Assembly (NCBI RefSeq): GCF_009914755.1 | Contig: NC_060926.1 | Length of the DNA stretch: 64,000 nt | Strand: one strand, 5' to 3' | Origin: the human T2T-CHM13v2.0 reference genome, Homo sapiens | In this document: positions 12,097 to 24,044 of the stretch, piece by piece | Numbering within the stretch: the first letter of the stretch is position 1 | Layout of the letters: the number at the start of each line of letters is the position of its first letter | The notes under the pieces: generated by a model | The model's database searches: none | What the model was told of the DNA's origin: nothing | The model's input: the letters and a program-made list of their open reading frames with translations, nothing else | Made by a program: the position numbers and the translations under genes

Positions 12097-12584
12097 AAGA
12101 AAGACCCCGCCAGGTGTTGCTGATAACTCGCCCACCATCACAGTGAAGGAGAAGCTCGGCTTCACGAGAGCTTCGCCTGTGACCGCACCTGTGACTGAAA
12201 TGGCCGTGACTCCTGGTAAGGACTCGAGGTTGAATCCCCAGACAGTAACGTCCAGGTCAAGGGTTTATAACTAAGAATAATCACAATACTATAAAACAAG
12301 GGGTACACTGAAAAACATAGAATCTAGTTATGAAAACTAATAAAAATAAGCATTAAATATCTTTCAGATTATGAGTTTTAAAAATGAGACAGCATCCTGT
12401 AAATAGTTTAATGATAAACCATAAACTGGAACAATCTATCAGAAAAGCAAAGCAGCAATATAGATTTGAACTATTGAAAAGTTTATATTCTTTGGCTTTA
12501 AATATCTTTATAAATACATTTAAAACAAATTTATATTTATTATATGAATACATTTATTAAATACAGATAATAAAACTTGTTTAA

Positions 12585-12798
12585 TCCTAAACGAGTCCTG
12601 TTCAGAATTCCTTCCTTATTTTGTCATGCTTTAAGGCCCATGAAAAGCTTAGGCAAAACTCTGGGTGGGCTTTTGTTACATTCCAGCCTTTGTGAAAGGG
12701 CACTGGCTTTTTTAGCTTTTAATATTTAACTTAACCACTCAGTCAGTACTGAAACAGTTGTGAAGGAGGCCTGCATTAGTGAGACCTGGCCCGCCACA
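12585..12798 (-). mobile_element. MER50-like LTR, 5' ~210 bp only
   Basis: Reverse complement begins tgtggcgggccaggtctcactaatgcaggcctcc...cagtactgactgagtggttaagttaaatattaaaagc; purine tract precedes it. Confidence 0.8.
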
Positions 12799-14212
12799 AT
12801 CCCCACTGTCAATTTGCACATGATTTCTACCATGCTTGTATATTTATTTATCACGAGAATCGTAGGGAGATGGGGCATTGTAATCTTCCTGGCTGCTTCC
12901 TGCTGAGAGGGGGTCGTCGTGATGGGGCACTGTGTGCAGCACTGGAGTGGGAGAGGTCGATTTCTTCCCAGCGGCACTCTCTGTTTCAGGAGCTTAGTGG
13001 CAGCGCCTGCTGAAACGTAATAGTATGCAACAGTAACACATGTAAACAGGTTGTTGCTGTTTTCTTCTGAGGTTTAAGTTGTCTAGTCTTCAGTTCACAG
13101 GGCTTTATGAAAGCACAGCTTAGGTTTCCGTGATTTCCAATCAGGAAAAATGGGGAAAAAGGAAAAAACTGAAAACATTATTTTGGAGACCTGTAGCCAG
13201 AAAAATTAGAATTTAATCTCAACCATAGAAAATAATAAAAACTGGAAAACATCAGGCAAGACTAGAATTTAGCAAGAAGTGTACTATAGTTTCTGAAACA
13301 TAATTTTTATCTCTCCAGTTTCCCATTTTTATTAAAAGACAAATCATGGTAGGACTAATTTGCTTTATTATAATTGGTCAGATTATCTGTATAAAGTGCA
13401 GCAAGAATAATTATTTTCACATCAGCCTTTTAAACTGGCTTTTATGGAACTTTGTTCTGTAGAAGGAATCTGAGATAAGGCTTTTTTAAAGCCAAGCCCA
13501 GCCATGGATTTGTACCATCAAATACCTATGAGTTGGGTGAATTCCTCTCCTTTTGAGGTTCCAAGATAACTTGGGGTTCCTGGCCTGTCAGAAAGTGACA
13601 TTCTTTACTTACCACAGATCAGAAACCCTGTACAGGGACTGTGTACATGGAATAGGAGGCCAGTTTCCCAAGGGCTTTATTGGCTTTATGAGTTAAGTTT
13701 GATTCCTAAAAGGAAAGAATACAATTCCAGTCAAAGCCTTGGTAAAATAACCAGTTTTTCCAATTGTGTCCTGTTACAAAAGAAGACAGATTCTTACTAC
13801 ACTTACACAAATAAGTATATTGCCGTAACTTGAGAATACTCACAAATAGTTTCCAAATTCTGGAGAATACCAAGTAGAGAGAAACAAATATACTCCAAAT
13901 TTTGTTCATGGGAGTATACTAAGTTGTTAAAAAGCTGTCAATAGCTCAAAAGAAAAGTTTCCTTGACTCTGAAAAGCAAAACAAAGGATTGGCAATATTT
14001 TAAGCAAAATGCCAAAAGGATCACTCCAGTCTCCTATTGGTTCAGTTTATGCAGTTAATTCCTGTCCTGCTTGATATTAATGAAAATTTTAGCTCTTCAA
14101 ATTCCTGAATGTTTTTCCTCTATTCTGATGTCAAAATCTCCAAAGTTATCAGAAACCTGCATTCAAGAGCCCCTGTTAGAGCTTCATAGCTGATTATAAA
14201 ACCACCTTCTAA
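12799..14212 (-). mobile_element. MER50/MER4-group ERV internal 3' region
   Basis: Abuts LTR via PPT (gacagtggggat on minus); typical MER4-group internal strings such as gtcagaaagtgacattctttacttaccacag. Confidence 0.75.
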
Positions 14213-14439
14213 ATGTAATAGAAAAAAATTTTCTCCTGTCTTTGTTATCTCTGTGTTTCTTTTCTGTTTGCTTCTTTCGACCTTTATGCTACAAAGGCTT
14301 TCTTCAAATTTGATATTTGACATTTTTCATTTAATTGCATCACTCTCCCAAGCTGAACGAAAGCCCTGGCTCAAAATATGAGCCTGTTAATCAGTTTCAC
14401 TCTTGATGTGAAAAAGGTAAATTATCTGGAGCAGTTTGC

Positions 14440-14605
14440 AAAGGACTTACAAAGGACAGAGTGCTTGAGCTGAGACCCAAAAGATGAATAGATGTTTGCC
14501 AGGTGGGGAAGGTAATGAGCCAAAGGAGCCGTGTATTTCTAGAACATATCACAGTGCCTGGCCCAGAGGAAGCACTCAAGGGTTATTTCAGAATTGAATG
14601 AATGT
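14440..14605. mobile_element. L2 fragments
   Basis: gagctgagacccaaaagatgaatag and cacagtgcctggcccagaggaagcactcaa...tgaatgaatg (L2 3' end). Confidence 0.55.
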
Positions 14606-14967
14606 TCATAGTTATGGTGGCATGAATATCATGGTTTTTTTAGGAAATTCCAAGACAATTTATTTCTATTGTAGTTCAAATATGTTGGCAATACGTTCTC
14701 TTTTTAACGAAATGTCTTAATTCCTTATAATTATGATATGCCTAGTCGTGTTTCTCTTTTATTCATCTTGATGGTGTTTTGCTGAGATTCTTGAATCAGT
14801 GAATTTATCTTTCAACAATTTGAGAAGGCTTCAACTATTATTTCAAGTGTTTTTTGTTCATTCTGTCTCTTCTGTTATGGTGAAACTTCAACTACGTGTT
14901 AATTATTTTAGAACTTTTGTTATTGTCCATTAGTCTGTTCACAGTCGTATCTTTTTTTCTCTCTCTA

Positions 14968-15341
14968 CAGGTGTACTTTGTTTTTTGAGTTTCACTTTAT
15001 TGTGCTTTGCAGACAATGTGGGTTTTTGTTTGTTTGTTTTTGCAAATTGCAGGCATGTTGCAATCCTGTATTGAGCAAGTCTATTAGCACTGTTTTCCCA
15101 ACAGCATGTACTCACTTCATGTACCTGTATCAGCATTTCTTGGCAATAAAGTATTTTAATTAAGGGATGTACATTGTTTTAGACATAATGGTATTGCACA
15201 CTTAATAGACCACAGGATAATGTAAACATAACATTTATATGCACTGGGAAACAAAAAAAGTTTGTGTAACTCACTTTATTATGACATGTCCTTACTGTAG
15301 GGGACTGAAGACAAACCTGCAATATCTCTGAGGTATGCTTG
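14968..15341 (+). mobile_element. Internally deleted Tigger1-type DNA transposon
   Basis: caggtgtac...ctttattgtgctttgcagac at left, aatatctctgaggtatgcttg at right; TA on both sides. Confidence 0.8.
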
Positions 15342-15404
15342 TATATATAAGTTCTTGTCATCTCCAAGCAGACACTTTTACTTCTTTTTCTCTTTGGTTG
15401 CCTC

Positions 15405-15710
<306 letters not shown>

Positions 15711-17249
15711 TGGTTGCTTATTTCTTTCTTTTTTTTTTTTTTTTGCCTAATTGTTCTGGCTAGGACTTCCAGTATGCTGCTGAATAGAACTGGTGATAGT
15801 AGGCATTCTCTTTTCTCTAATCTTAAAGAAAAAGGTTTCTGCATTTCACTAATCAATATGATGGTAGCTGTGGGCTTCCATGTAAGGCTTTTATGTAACT
15901 TATTGAGAGTTTGTATCATGAAAGTATGTTGAATTTTGTCAAATATTTTCTCTGTAACTATTGAGATGATCATGTGGTTTTTGTCTCTTTTCATTCTGTT
16001 AACAGGATGTATCACATTTATTTATTTGCATATGTTGAACCATTCTTGCATCCCAAGGATAAATGTTTGGGATGTATAATACTTTAATGTGCTGTGAAAT
16101 AAGGTTTGCTAACATTTTGTTGAAGATTTTTGCTTCTTTGTTTGACAGCGATATTGGCCTGTATTTTCTTTTCTTATGGTGTCCTTGTCTGGCTTTTGAA
16201 TCAGGGTAATGCTGACCTTGTAAAACAAGTTTAGGAGTGGTCCATCCTCTTCAATTTTGGGGGAGAGTTTTAGAAAAATTGGTAGTAATTCTCATTTAAA
16301 ATGTTTGGTAGATTTCCCCAGTGGAACCACTAGGTCCTGAGCTCTTTTATTTATTATTCATTCATTTATTTATTTATTTTGATGGGAGACTTTTGATTAC
16401 TGATTCATCTTCTTACTCATTATTGGTGTGTTCATATTTTCTGTTTTCTATGATTCTGTCTTGATAGGTTGTTTGTTTCTAAAAAATTGACAATTTCTTT
16501 TAGTTTATTCAATTCATTGGCATATATTTTTATGTAATCTCTTATGAACTTCTGTACTATTGTGGTATTAGTTGTAATGCCTCTTCTTTTATTTCTGATT
16601 TTATTTATTTAAATCTTCTTTTTTCTTAATTAATTGAGATAAAGTTTGTAAATTTTATCTTTTTAAAAATCCAACTGTTCATTGATTTTTAAAATCATTT
16701 TTCTAGTCTCATTTATTTCTGCTCTTTATTAATAATCTTTGTTGCTTCATTTTTTTCTATTAATTTGGGCTTAGTTTGTTCTCCTTTTTCTATTCCTTGT
16801 GATATATCATTAAGTTGTTTATTTGTGATTTTTTTAAATGTAGATGTTTATCACTATAAAAATCTCATACTGTTTTCACTGCATTCTATAAGACTTGGAA
16901 TGTTGGATTTCCGTTTTTATTTGTCTGAAGGCATGTTAAAATTTACTTTCTGACTCTTCTTTCACTCATTGGTTGTTTGGGAGTGTGTTGTTTCATTTCA
17001 CATATTCATGGATTTCTCTTTTTTTCTCCTGTTACTGATTTCTGGTTTCGTTCCAATGTGGTCAGAAAAGATGCTTGATATGATTTCAGTCTTCTTAAAT
17101 TTTAGACTTGTTTTATGGTCTAATATATACTCTATCCTGGAAAGTATTTTACATGAGCTTGAGAAGAATGTGTAGTCTGTTGTCATTGTTTGGAATATTC
17201 TGTGTATGTCCATTAGGTCTATTTTGTCTAAAGTATATCTGAAATCCAA

Positions 17250-17597
17250 TATTCTGTTCTTGTGCTGCTAAGAAAGACATACCTGAGACTGGGAATTTAT
17301 AAAGGAAAGAGGTTCATTCACTCACAGCTCCACATGGCTGGGAAGGCTTCACAATCACGGCGGAATGTGAATGAGGAACAAAGTCATGTTTTACATGGTG
17401 CAGGCAAGAGAGCTGGTACAGGGAAACTCCCATTTATAAAATCATCAGATCTCATGAGACTTACTCACTACCACGAGAATAGTATGGGGGAAACTGTTTC
17501 CATGATTTAATGATCTCCACCTGGCTCCACTCTTGACACACAGGGATTATTACAATGCACAGTGAGATTTGGGTGGGGATGCAGCCAAACCATATCA
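17250..17597 (-). mobile_element. THE1 solo LTR
   Basis: gctgctaagaaagacatacctgagactggg...gcagccaaaccatatca. Confidence 0.9.
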
Positions 17598-18068
17598 TTC
17601 TGGATAATCTACCCATTGTTCAGAGTGGTACTGAAATTTTCTACTACTATTATGTTATTGTCTGTCTCTTCCTTCAGAATTACTAATATTTGCTTTATAT
17701 ATTTAGGTTCTTAATTTATAAAGATGTATGGTGCATATATATTTACAATTGTTATACCCTCAATGAATTTACTGCTTTATTATTATACAATGCCCTTCTT
17801 TGTATCTTATGACAGTTTTCAACTTATAGTCTAGTTTGTCTGATCTAAGTATAGCAACCCTTGCTCCTTTTTGGTTTCCATGTGCATGGAATATCTTTAC
17901 CATTCCTTAACTTTCAGTCTATGTGTGTCCTCAAGGGTAAAGTAAGTCCCTTACAAACAGCATATAGTTGAGTCTTTAAAAAATTCATTCTGTCACTCAA
18001 TGTCTTTGATTAGCAAATTTAATCCATTTAAATTCAAGGTGATTATCAATAGTTAATAACTTACTATA

Positions 18069-19487
18069 TTAGTCCCCCTAATTAGTGGTTTTGTTTTCAC
18101 TGTTTCAGTTATGCATGGTCAACTGCAGTCTGAAAATATTAAGTGGGAAATTCTTAAAATAAACATGATTTAAGTTGTAAATTGTGTGCTGTTCTGGGTA
18201 GTGTGATGAAATCTTGCACCATCCTGCCCAGGAGGAGAATCATCGATTTGTCCAATGTATCCATGCTACAGCAGGTCCAGTGAATCCATACACTACCCAC
18301 CGGTTAGTTCCTTAGTAGCCATCTTGGTTATCAGATCAGCTGTCATGATATCATAGTGCTTATGTTTAAGCAACCTGTATTTTACTTAATAATGGCACCA
18401 AACTGTGAGAGCAGTGATGCTGGCAATTCAGAGATGCCAAAGAGAAGCCTTAAAGTCTTTTCTTTAAGTGAATAGGTGAGAAAGTTCTCAACTTCCTGAG
18501 GAAAAAATATTGTATGCTGAGGTTGCTAAGATCTATGGTAAGAAATCTTAGCAACCTCCGCATACAATCTTTTGTGAAAGGAAAATAAATCTTGGGACCC
18601 CAAACTCACAAAGCCAAAGAGAAAAGTCAAGTTGGGAACTGGGTCATGCAAACCTGCCTCCCTTTTGGTTCCTAAATAAGATGACTATAAAGATTAAAAG
18701 CTACATACCTCCCTCACAATTTGCCCACCAGGAATTTCTTGTAGGCCCCAAGATCTTTATTCTGCAACAGTTCTGTTGAATTTCACCCTGGCAATGTAAG
18801 TTGATGCTTATCTTCACAGGTGTGGGACAAAGGACAGAACTCAAAATCATCCTTCTGCTCACCTGAGACAAATGCATATCTGGTTGCTTCTTCTGCCCTA
18901 TTGTCTGTGTTAGCTTATGTAAAAATGCAGCTTCGCTGGGCCAGATGAAGGCATAAGTGACTATTTCCTCTGCCTCTATCTCACATGAAAATTGTGTATT
19001 CAGTAAAAGTCTAATCAAAGACTCAAAAAGATGCAACCGTTCTCTCTCTCTATCCACCAATACTTCAAAAATTATTTCTCTTCTAATATCTGCCCCTTCC
19101 CATTTAAATATTGAAGCCCTCAAAATAATCCCTGGAAAAAGACATAGACCTACCTCCCAGGTGCACTTCCTCAACAATGGCAAACAAACCTCCTAAAATG
19201 ATTAAAACTTGCCTCAGTCATTTTCATTTATTTACACACTTCTAGTCATGAAATTGTGAAGAAGGAAAAAACATTTGTGCTAGTTTTGCTGTCTCACCTC
19301 AAATTGCAAAAGTTGTGGCCACAGTGATAAGTATTACAAGTGCTTAGTTAAGATGAAAAAGGCATTAAATTTGTGGGTGGAAGAGAGGAACAGAAATGTG
19401 TTTAGTTGGCTCCAGGATTTTCCAGGATTTCAGCCATTCACTGGTGGTCTTAGAATGCATCCTCCATGAAAACCTGAGGACGATTAT
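18069..19487 (+). mobile_element. MER44/Tigger7-type DNA transposon, split by MER4A
   Basis: tagtccccc...ggtcaactgcagtctgaaaatattaa; resumes catgaaattgtgaagaaggaaaaa after the LTR. Confidence 0.8.
18573..19236 (+). mobile_element. MER4A-like solo LTR
   Basis: tgtgaaaggaaaataaatcttgggacccc...tttaca, 664 bp. Confidence 0.85.
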
Positions 19488-19643
19488 ATTGACATTGTGT
19501 TGTTTCCTGGCTGTTTTATAGATTTCTTCTGCCTGTTTTCTCTCTTGCTGTTTTCCTTTTGGTTTGATGATTTTCTGCAGTGATAAGCTTTGACTCCTTT
19601 CTCTCTATCTTTTGTGTATCAACTATAGGTTTTTGCATTGTGG

Positions 19644-20103
19644 TGTGAAAGGAAAATAAATCTTGGGGACCCAAAATCACTAAGTTAAAGGGAAAAGTCA
19701 AGCTGGGAGCTGGTTAGAGCAAACCTGCCTCTCATTCTATTCAAAGTCACCCCTCTGCTCACTGAGATAGTTGCATATCTGATTTGCCTCCTTAGGAAAG
19801 GCTAATCAGAAACTCAAAAGAATGCAACCTCACCTATCTGTGACCTAGAAGCAAGCCCCTTCCTCCCTTTGAGTCTTCCTGCCTTTGCTTTAAGTTGTCC
19901 CACCTTTCCAGACTGAAACAATGTACTTCTTACACATATTGATTGATGTCTCATGTCTCCCTAAAATGTATAAAACTAAGCTGTGCTCCAACCACCTGGG
20001 CACATGTCAGGACCTCCTGAGGCTGTGTCATGGGCATGTCCTCAACCTTGGCAAAATAAACTCTAAATTAACTGAGACCTGTCTCAAATTTTCGGGGTTC
20101 ACA
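19644..20103 (+). mobile_element. MER4A1-like solo LTR
   Basis: tgtgaaaggaaaataaatcttgggg...ggggttcaca, 460 bp, TSD gtgg. Confidence 0.88.
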
Positions 20104-21486
20104 GTGGTTACCAGGAAGCTGATGTATAATATCTTAGTAATAACAGTCTCTTTTAAGCTGATAACAACTTAACTTCAATTGCATGCAAACAGTCTTCCTT
20201 TTTGCCCCCAACATGTACATTTTCTGTTTTTGATGCCTCACTTTATGTGAAGCACAAGCACATGCAGATCAGTGAAGCTGCGGGGCCTGAGATGGGACAC
20301 CCCACTGTGGGGCAGTGGTTCTTATGTCCAAGACCTAAGTGCTCGGGAGCGGCAGTTTAGGGTACAGGTCCCTCCTGAGGGACAGGAGTGGGGCTGGTTC
20401 ACAGGGCAGCGGCTCTGGTGTCTGAGGTGTGGTTGTGCATGGTGTGGCCATGGAGCTAGGACCTGGAGCATGGGTGTGAGTGGAACAGCTTCAGCTTCAG
20501 AGTCCAGGGCACATGCAGCGTTCAGGAGGTGGTGGCCTTGGTCCTGAGGTGACACAATAGTGGCTCCTTCTGGGAGGGCACAGCAAGAAACATTCAGAGG
20601 AAGGAATGCCTTCTTCTCTGGGGTGTCTGTGTCAGTGATAGTTGTTGGTTGCCTCAGTGGCAAAAGTTGTCATTGTCTTCTGCAGAGTCAGCCACAGGGA
20701 CCTCTGTGGCACCCACCATGTGGCTGACACTGGTAGCCTCTGCCCTTCTCTTTTCCAGCCATCTACAGCAATCTCCATTAATCTGATCTCCCCAGCAACC
20801 CTTTCTCCATTTTTTACTCTACTGCCTTGTTTCAGGCTCTAATCAGACCTTTAAGCCCTCCCAAGCCCATTTTAATTTGTGCATAGCTGTCTAACTATTG
20901 GTTTTTTTGGAAAATGAAGGCTTGTGTTTCCTGCTCCACCATATTGCTGACATCACCTGGACTGGCCTTTTCTTGATAAGTTTTTTTCCCTAAAGAATGA
21001 GTTTATTTTTCTGTTCATATTTTGAGTAATTTGAGAGCAAATCCTGGACATTGTGCCATGGAGACTCTGGGTTCTGCTGTATTTTATATATATCTATATA
21101 AATATTATATCTGCAACTGCAAACTTGTTCTTACCTGCAATGGATAGTGACTCACATATCTGTTTACTCCCTTAGCCCTGAGCCTGTCCTGCCCACACGT
21201 TGCATGTTAGCCAGAGACTGGCAGAGTTTACAACAGAACAAATGAACAAATGCTCACCTCTCCAACGCTCTCCTCTCCCAGATTCACCTTCAATTCCCAG
21301 TGGCTGCTGCCACCTGGGTCTTTCCCAGGCCAGAAAGGCAATGTGCTTTTCAGTGAAGTTTTAGCAACCCCGAATTACACTATATTCATGGCCTTCCCTC
21401 AGGACAAAGCCACAAAAATGGGAAGCTTACATTGTGCTGATAACTTCTTTCATATTTTGTTACTCTTTCAAAATCTGTTGTCATTT

Positions 21487-21947
21487 TGAGGTAGGAGAAT
21501 AGGGTCTGGCAGCAGGGAACATAAGGTTGATCCATGCTGACTTCCTAGAACTAAATCAAATGAAAGCACTTCAGCAATGACAGGAATGTGAATGGCTTTG
21601 TAACTTCAGTTTCATCCTCTCCATTTACATAGACCACACACACCAAGTAACATCCTTTCCATTTACAATAGGGCACATTCTGAGTAAAAGACTCTGTGAC
21701 TTCACTTCACTCTCTTCATTTACATAAAATATTCGCCAAGTAACCAACGGGAAACGTCTAGAGTATTGAAGCCCCAGAAAATTTTGTAAGTGGGGCTCTT
21801 GAGCCTCTATGCCCGCCCACTCCCGCACTGTGGAGGGTACTTTCACGCTCAACAAATCCCTGCTTTTGCTTTCCACAGTTCGTTTGTGTGTTTTGTCCAA
21901 TTCTTGCTTCAAGATGCCAAGCACCTGGACACCTTCTACCAGTAACA
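21487..21947 (+). mobile_element. ERV1 solo LTR (LTR15/MER51/MER61 group)
   Basis: tgaggtaggagaatagggtctgg...ccagtaaca; TSD attt. Confidence 0.82.
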
Positions 21948-22821
21948 ATTTTTTTATTCTTCAGACCTTTCAGGTAGTTGCTTTTATATATTCAGAATTT
22001 AGAGTTTCCAATTGAATATTCAAAGCTTTCTTTTCCATACCAGAGGTGGAACTCTGTAAATAACTTTTCTTTTAAAATAAAATTTTGCATATAATTGCAA
22101 AAAACCCAAATAACTTTAATCAAGCACAAAGAAAAACTCACTTAAAATTCCACCACCCTAGATATCCCTGTTAGTTTTGGTGAACAGTTTTCTAGACATC
22201 TCTGTTTGCATATATCTATATGTTACTTTACCCTAATGAGATGTTACTCTGGGTGTAGTTGAATATGCCTGGATATGCTTGCTTTACTCAATAATATGTC
22301 AGTAAATTTTCATATACTGAAGAGTGCATGTCTATTAATGTTTTGAAATTGTTTTAAATGGTTTTACTTTATCTTATTTATGTACAAAAAAAATTGAAGG
22401 GGCAAAAGCCATAAAAATGTGCCCTCACCATACTTTGTTTTTCATTCTTTCATTTTTTTCACAAATATTTGTTGAGAAATTACTGCTTTCAAAGTTACCA
22501 GGAATAGAGAAGACACCCTAATGGTGAAATTCAGTCATATAAGAACAACAAAACAATAAGAATTTAATATAATAGTGATATGTAGAGTGGCTGCAAAATC
22601 TTTATATGTGATATTGCATCCCAAATCTAGTTAAAGACATTGTCAAACAAAAGCACTCCTAAGTTTTGTTGGGATAATTTGCCCCCTGGGAGCAGCAGTC
22701 AGCTACAGGTGTGGTTCACAGGTAGCTGTGGGAAGATTCTAGGTAGGAGGCAAACTCTGGAGATATTGGGCAATAAAACTGCAGAATCAGAAAAGCAACG
22801 GCCTCTCTCCTGATATGACAG

Positions 22822-23722
22822 TCTTACCAGGGGGTCCTTGCTCCCAGAGCTCCCAAGATGGTTGTGGGCCACTTCCAAGATGGCGGCAAGCCTCTTGTTC
22901 TCTGACCTGGGGTTCGTGGCCTCATGGATTCCAAGGAACGGAATCTTGGGCCATGTGGTGAGTGTTATAGCTCTATTAGAAGCTGTGGGTCAGGCCAGGC
23001 ATGGTGGCCAGGAGTATGGCGTGAACCCGGGAGGCAGAGCTTGCAGTAAGCTGAGATGGCACCACTGCACTCCAGCCTGGGCAACAGAGCAAGACTCCAT
23101 CTCAAAAAAAAAAAAAAAAGAAGCCATGGGTCACAGAAGAGAACCGTGGAACCCAGTGACTAGTGTTCAGCTCGATTAGGATGAACCTGGGCACTTAGCC
23201 ATGCAGGAACAATGGCAAGCCTTTAGCCCAGTCCAGCACAGCAATGGGTGCCTCACTGGATCAGGAGCACAGCAGACACCCTGTTGGATCCGGAGGGGTG
23301 GAAGTCAGTGGTGGGTCTGCAACAGCGACAAACAGCACTGGTGGATGGGGAGCGAAAGCTCAGTTCGAGCCGTAACAAACACGGACCAGAAGAGTGTGCA
23401 GTTGCAAGATTTAATAGAGTGAAAACAGAGCTCCCATAAAATGGGAGGGGACCCAAAGGGGGTTACCATGGCCGGCTCAAATGCCTGGGTTTATATCCCA
23501 ATCATTGTCCCTCCCACTGTGCTCTCAGGTGATAGATGATTGGCTATTTCTTTACCTCCTGTTTTTGCCTAATTAGCATTTTAGTGAGCTCTCTTTACTA
23601 CCTGATTGGTCGGGTGTGAGCTAAGTTGCAAGCCCCGTGTTTAAAGGTGGATGCAGTCACCTTCCCAGCTGGGCTTAGGGATTCTTAGTTGGCCTAGGAA
23701 ATCCAGCTAGTCCTGTCTCTCA
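22822..23722 (-). mobile_element. HERV-W 3' LTR (LTR17) with Alu insertion
   Basis: Minus strand starts tgagagacaggactagctggatttcctagg; PPT gttgagaggggg directly upstream. Confidence 0.95.
22993..23118 (+). mobile_element. Internally deleted AluY-like element in 3' LTR
   Basis: ggccaggcatggtggc joined to caggagtatggcgtgaacccgg; A tail; 15-bp TSD agaagctgtgggtca/agaagccatgggtca. Confidence 0.9.
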
Positions 23723-23739
23723 GTGCCCCCTCTCAACAG

Positions 23740-24044
23740 GAAAACCCAAGTGCTGTTGGGGAGGTTGGCTGACAACTGCTCTAACTGCTTCCTGTTGAAT
23801 TGGGGCATAGTAGGGGTCATGCAGTTGAGATTTCCTCGGGAGGGGTGCCTTCGATGTCATCAACATTGGAGCATGAGCTAGCAGGCCAGTCCAGGGGTCC
23901 ATGGTAGATCTTAGTCATGGACTACATCTGGGGCTCCATTTGAAGAACCATTTGTAGTTTTACATCTTCAGTTCTGGAAGAGACAAACTTAACAAGGAGG
24001 TTACAGATACAGGAATTGAAATGTATGACCTGCAGTGCAGGGGG
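23740..24044 (-). pseudogene. HERV-W env remnant (TM cytoplasmic tail plus tiny SU island)
   Basis: Minus strand encodes C(I)CNLLVKFVSSRTEDVKLQMVLQMEP, homologous to the syncytin-1 tail. Confidence 0.88.

Larger units (their letters stand above)
8810..12250 (+). pseudogene. ERV pol remnant (RT, RNase H region, integrase)
   Basis: RFVQALR (cf. YRFVQDLR) ~9005-9030; decayed xxDDLL ~9778; integrase QMDF, GWPE and IPTFGIP-like codons 10810-10975; YHxQxxGLVE ~11070-11100; all frames broken. Confidence 0.75.
5950..12270 (+). mobile_element. Ancient degenerate class I (gamma-like) ERV internal region, no LTRs recognised
   Basis: Collinear remnants: Gag zinc knuckle, protease, RT, integrase core and C-terminus; interrupted by L1, two MaLR LTRs and AluY. 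Confidence 0.75.

Noticed and set aside
18701-19183. 160-aa minus-strand ORF
   Set aside because: Antisense to MER4A LTR; no protein homology recognised.
18573-20103. Two co-oriented MER4A LTRs as ends of one provirus
   Set aside because: Different lengths, second has its own TSD, and the intervening DNA is host MER44/L1 with no PBS or PPT.
23201-23422. Paralogous 73-aa ORF pair with 30307-30528
   Set aside because: Simply the antisense frame of the two LTR copies.
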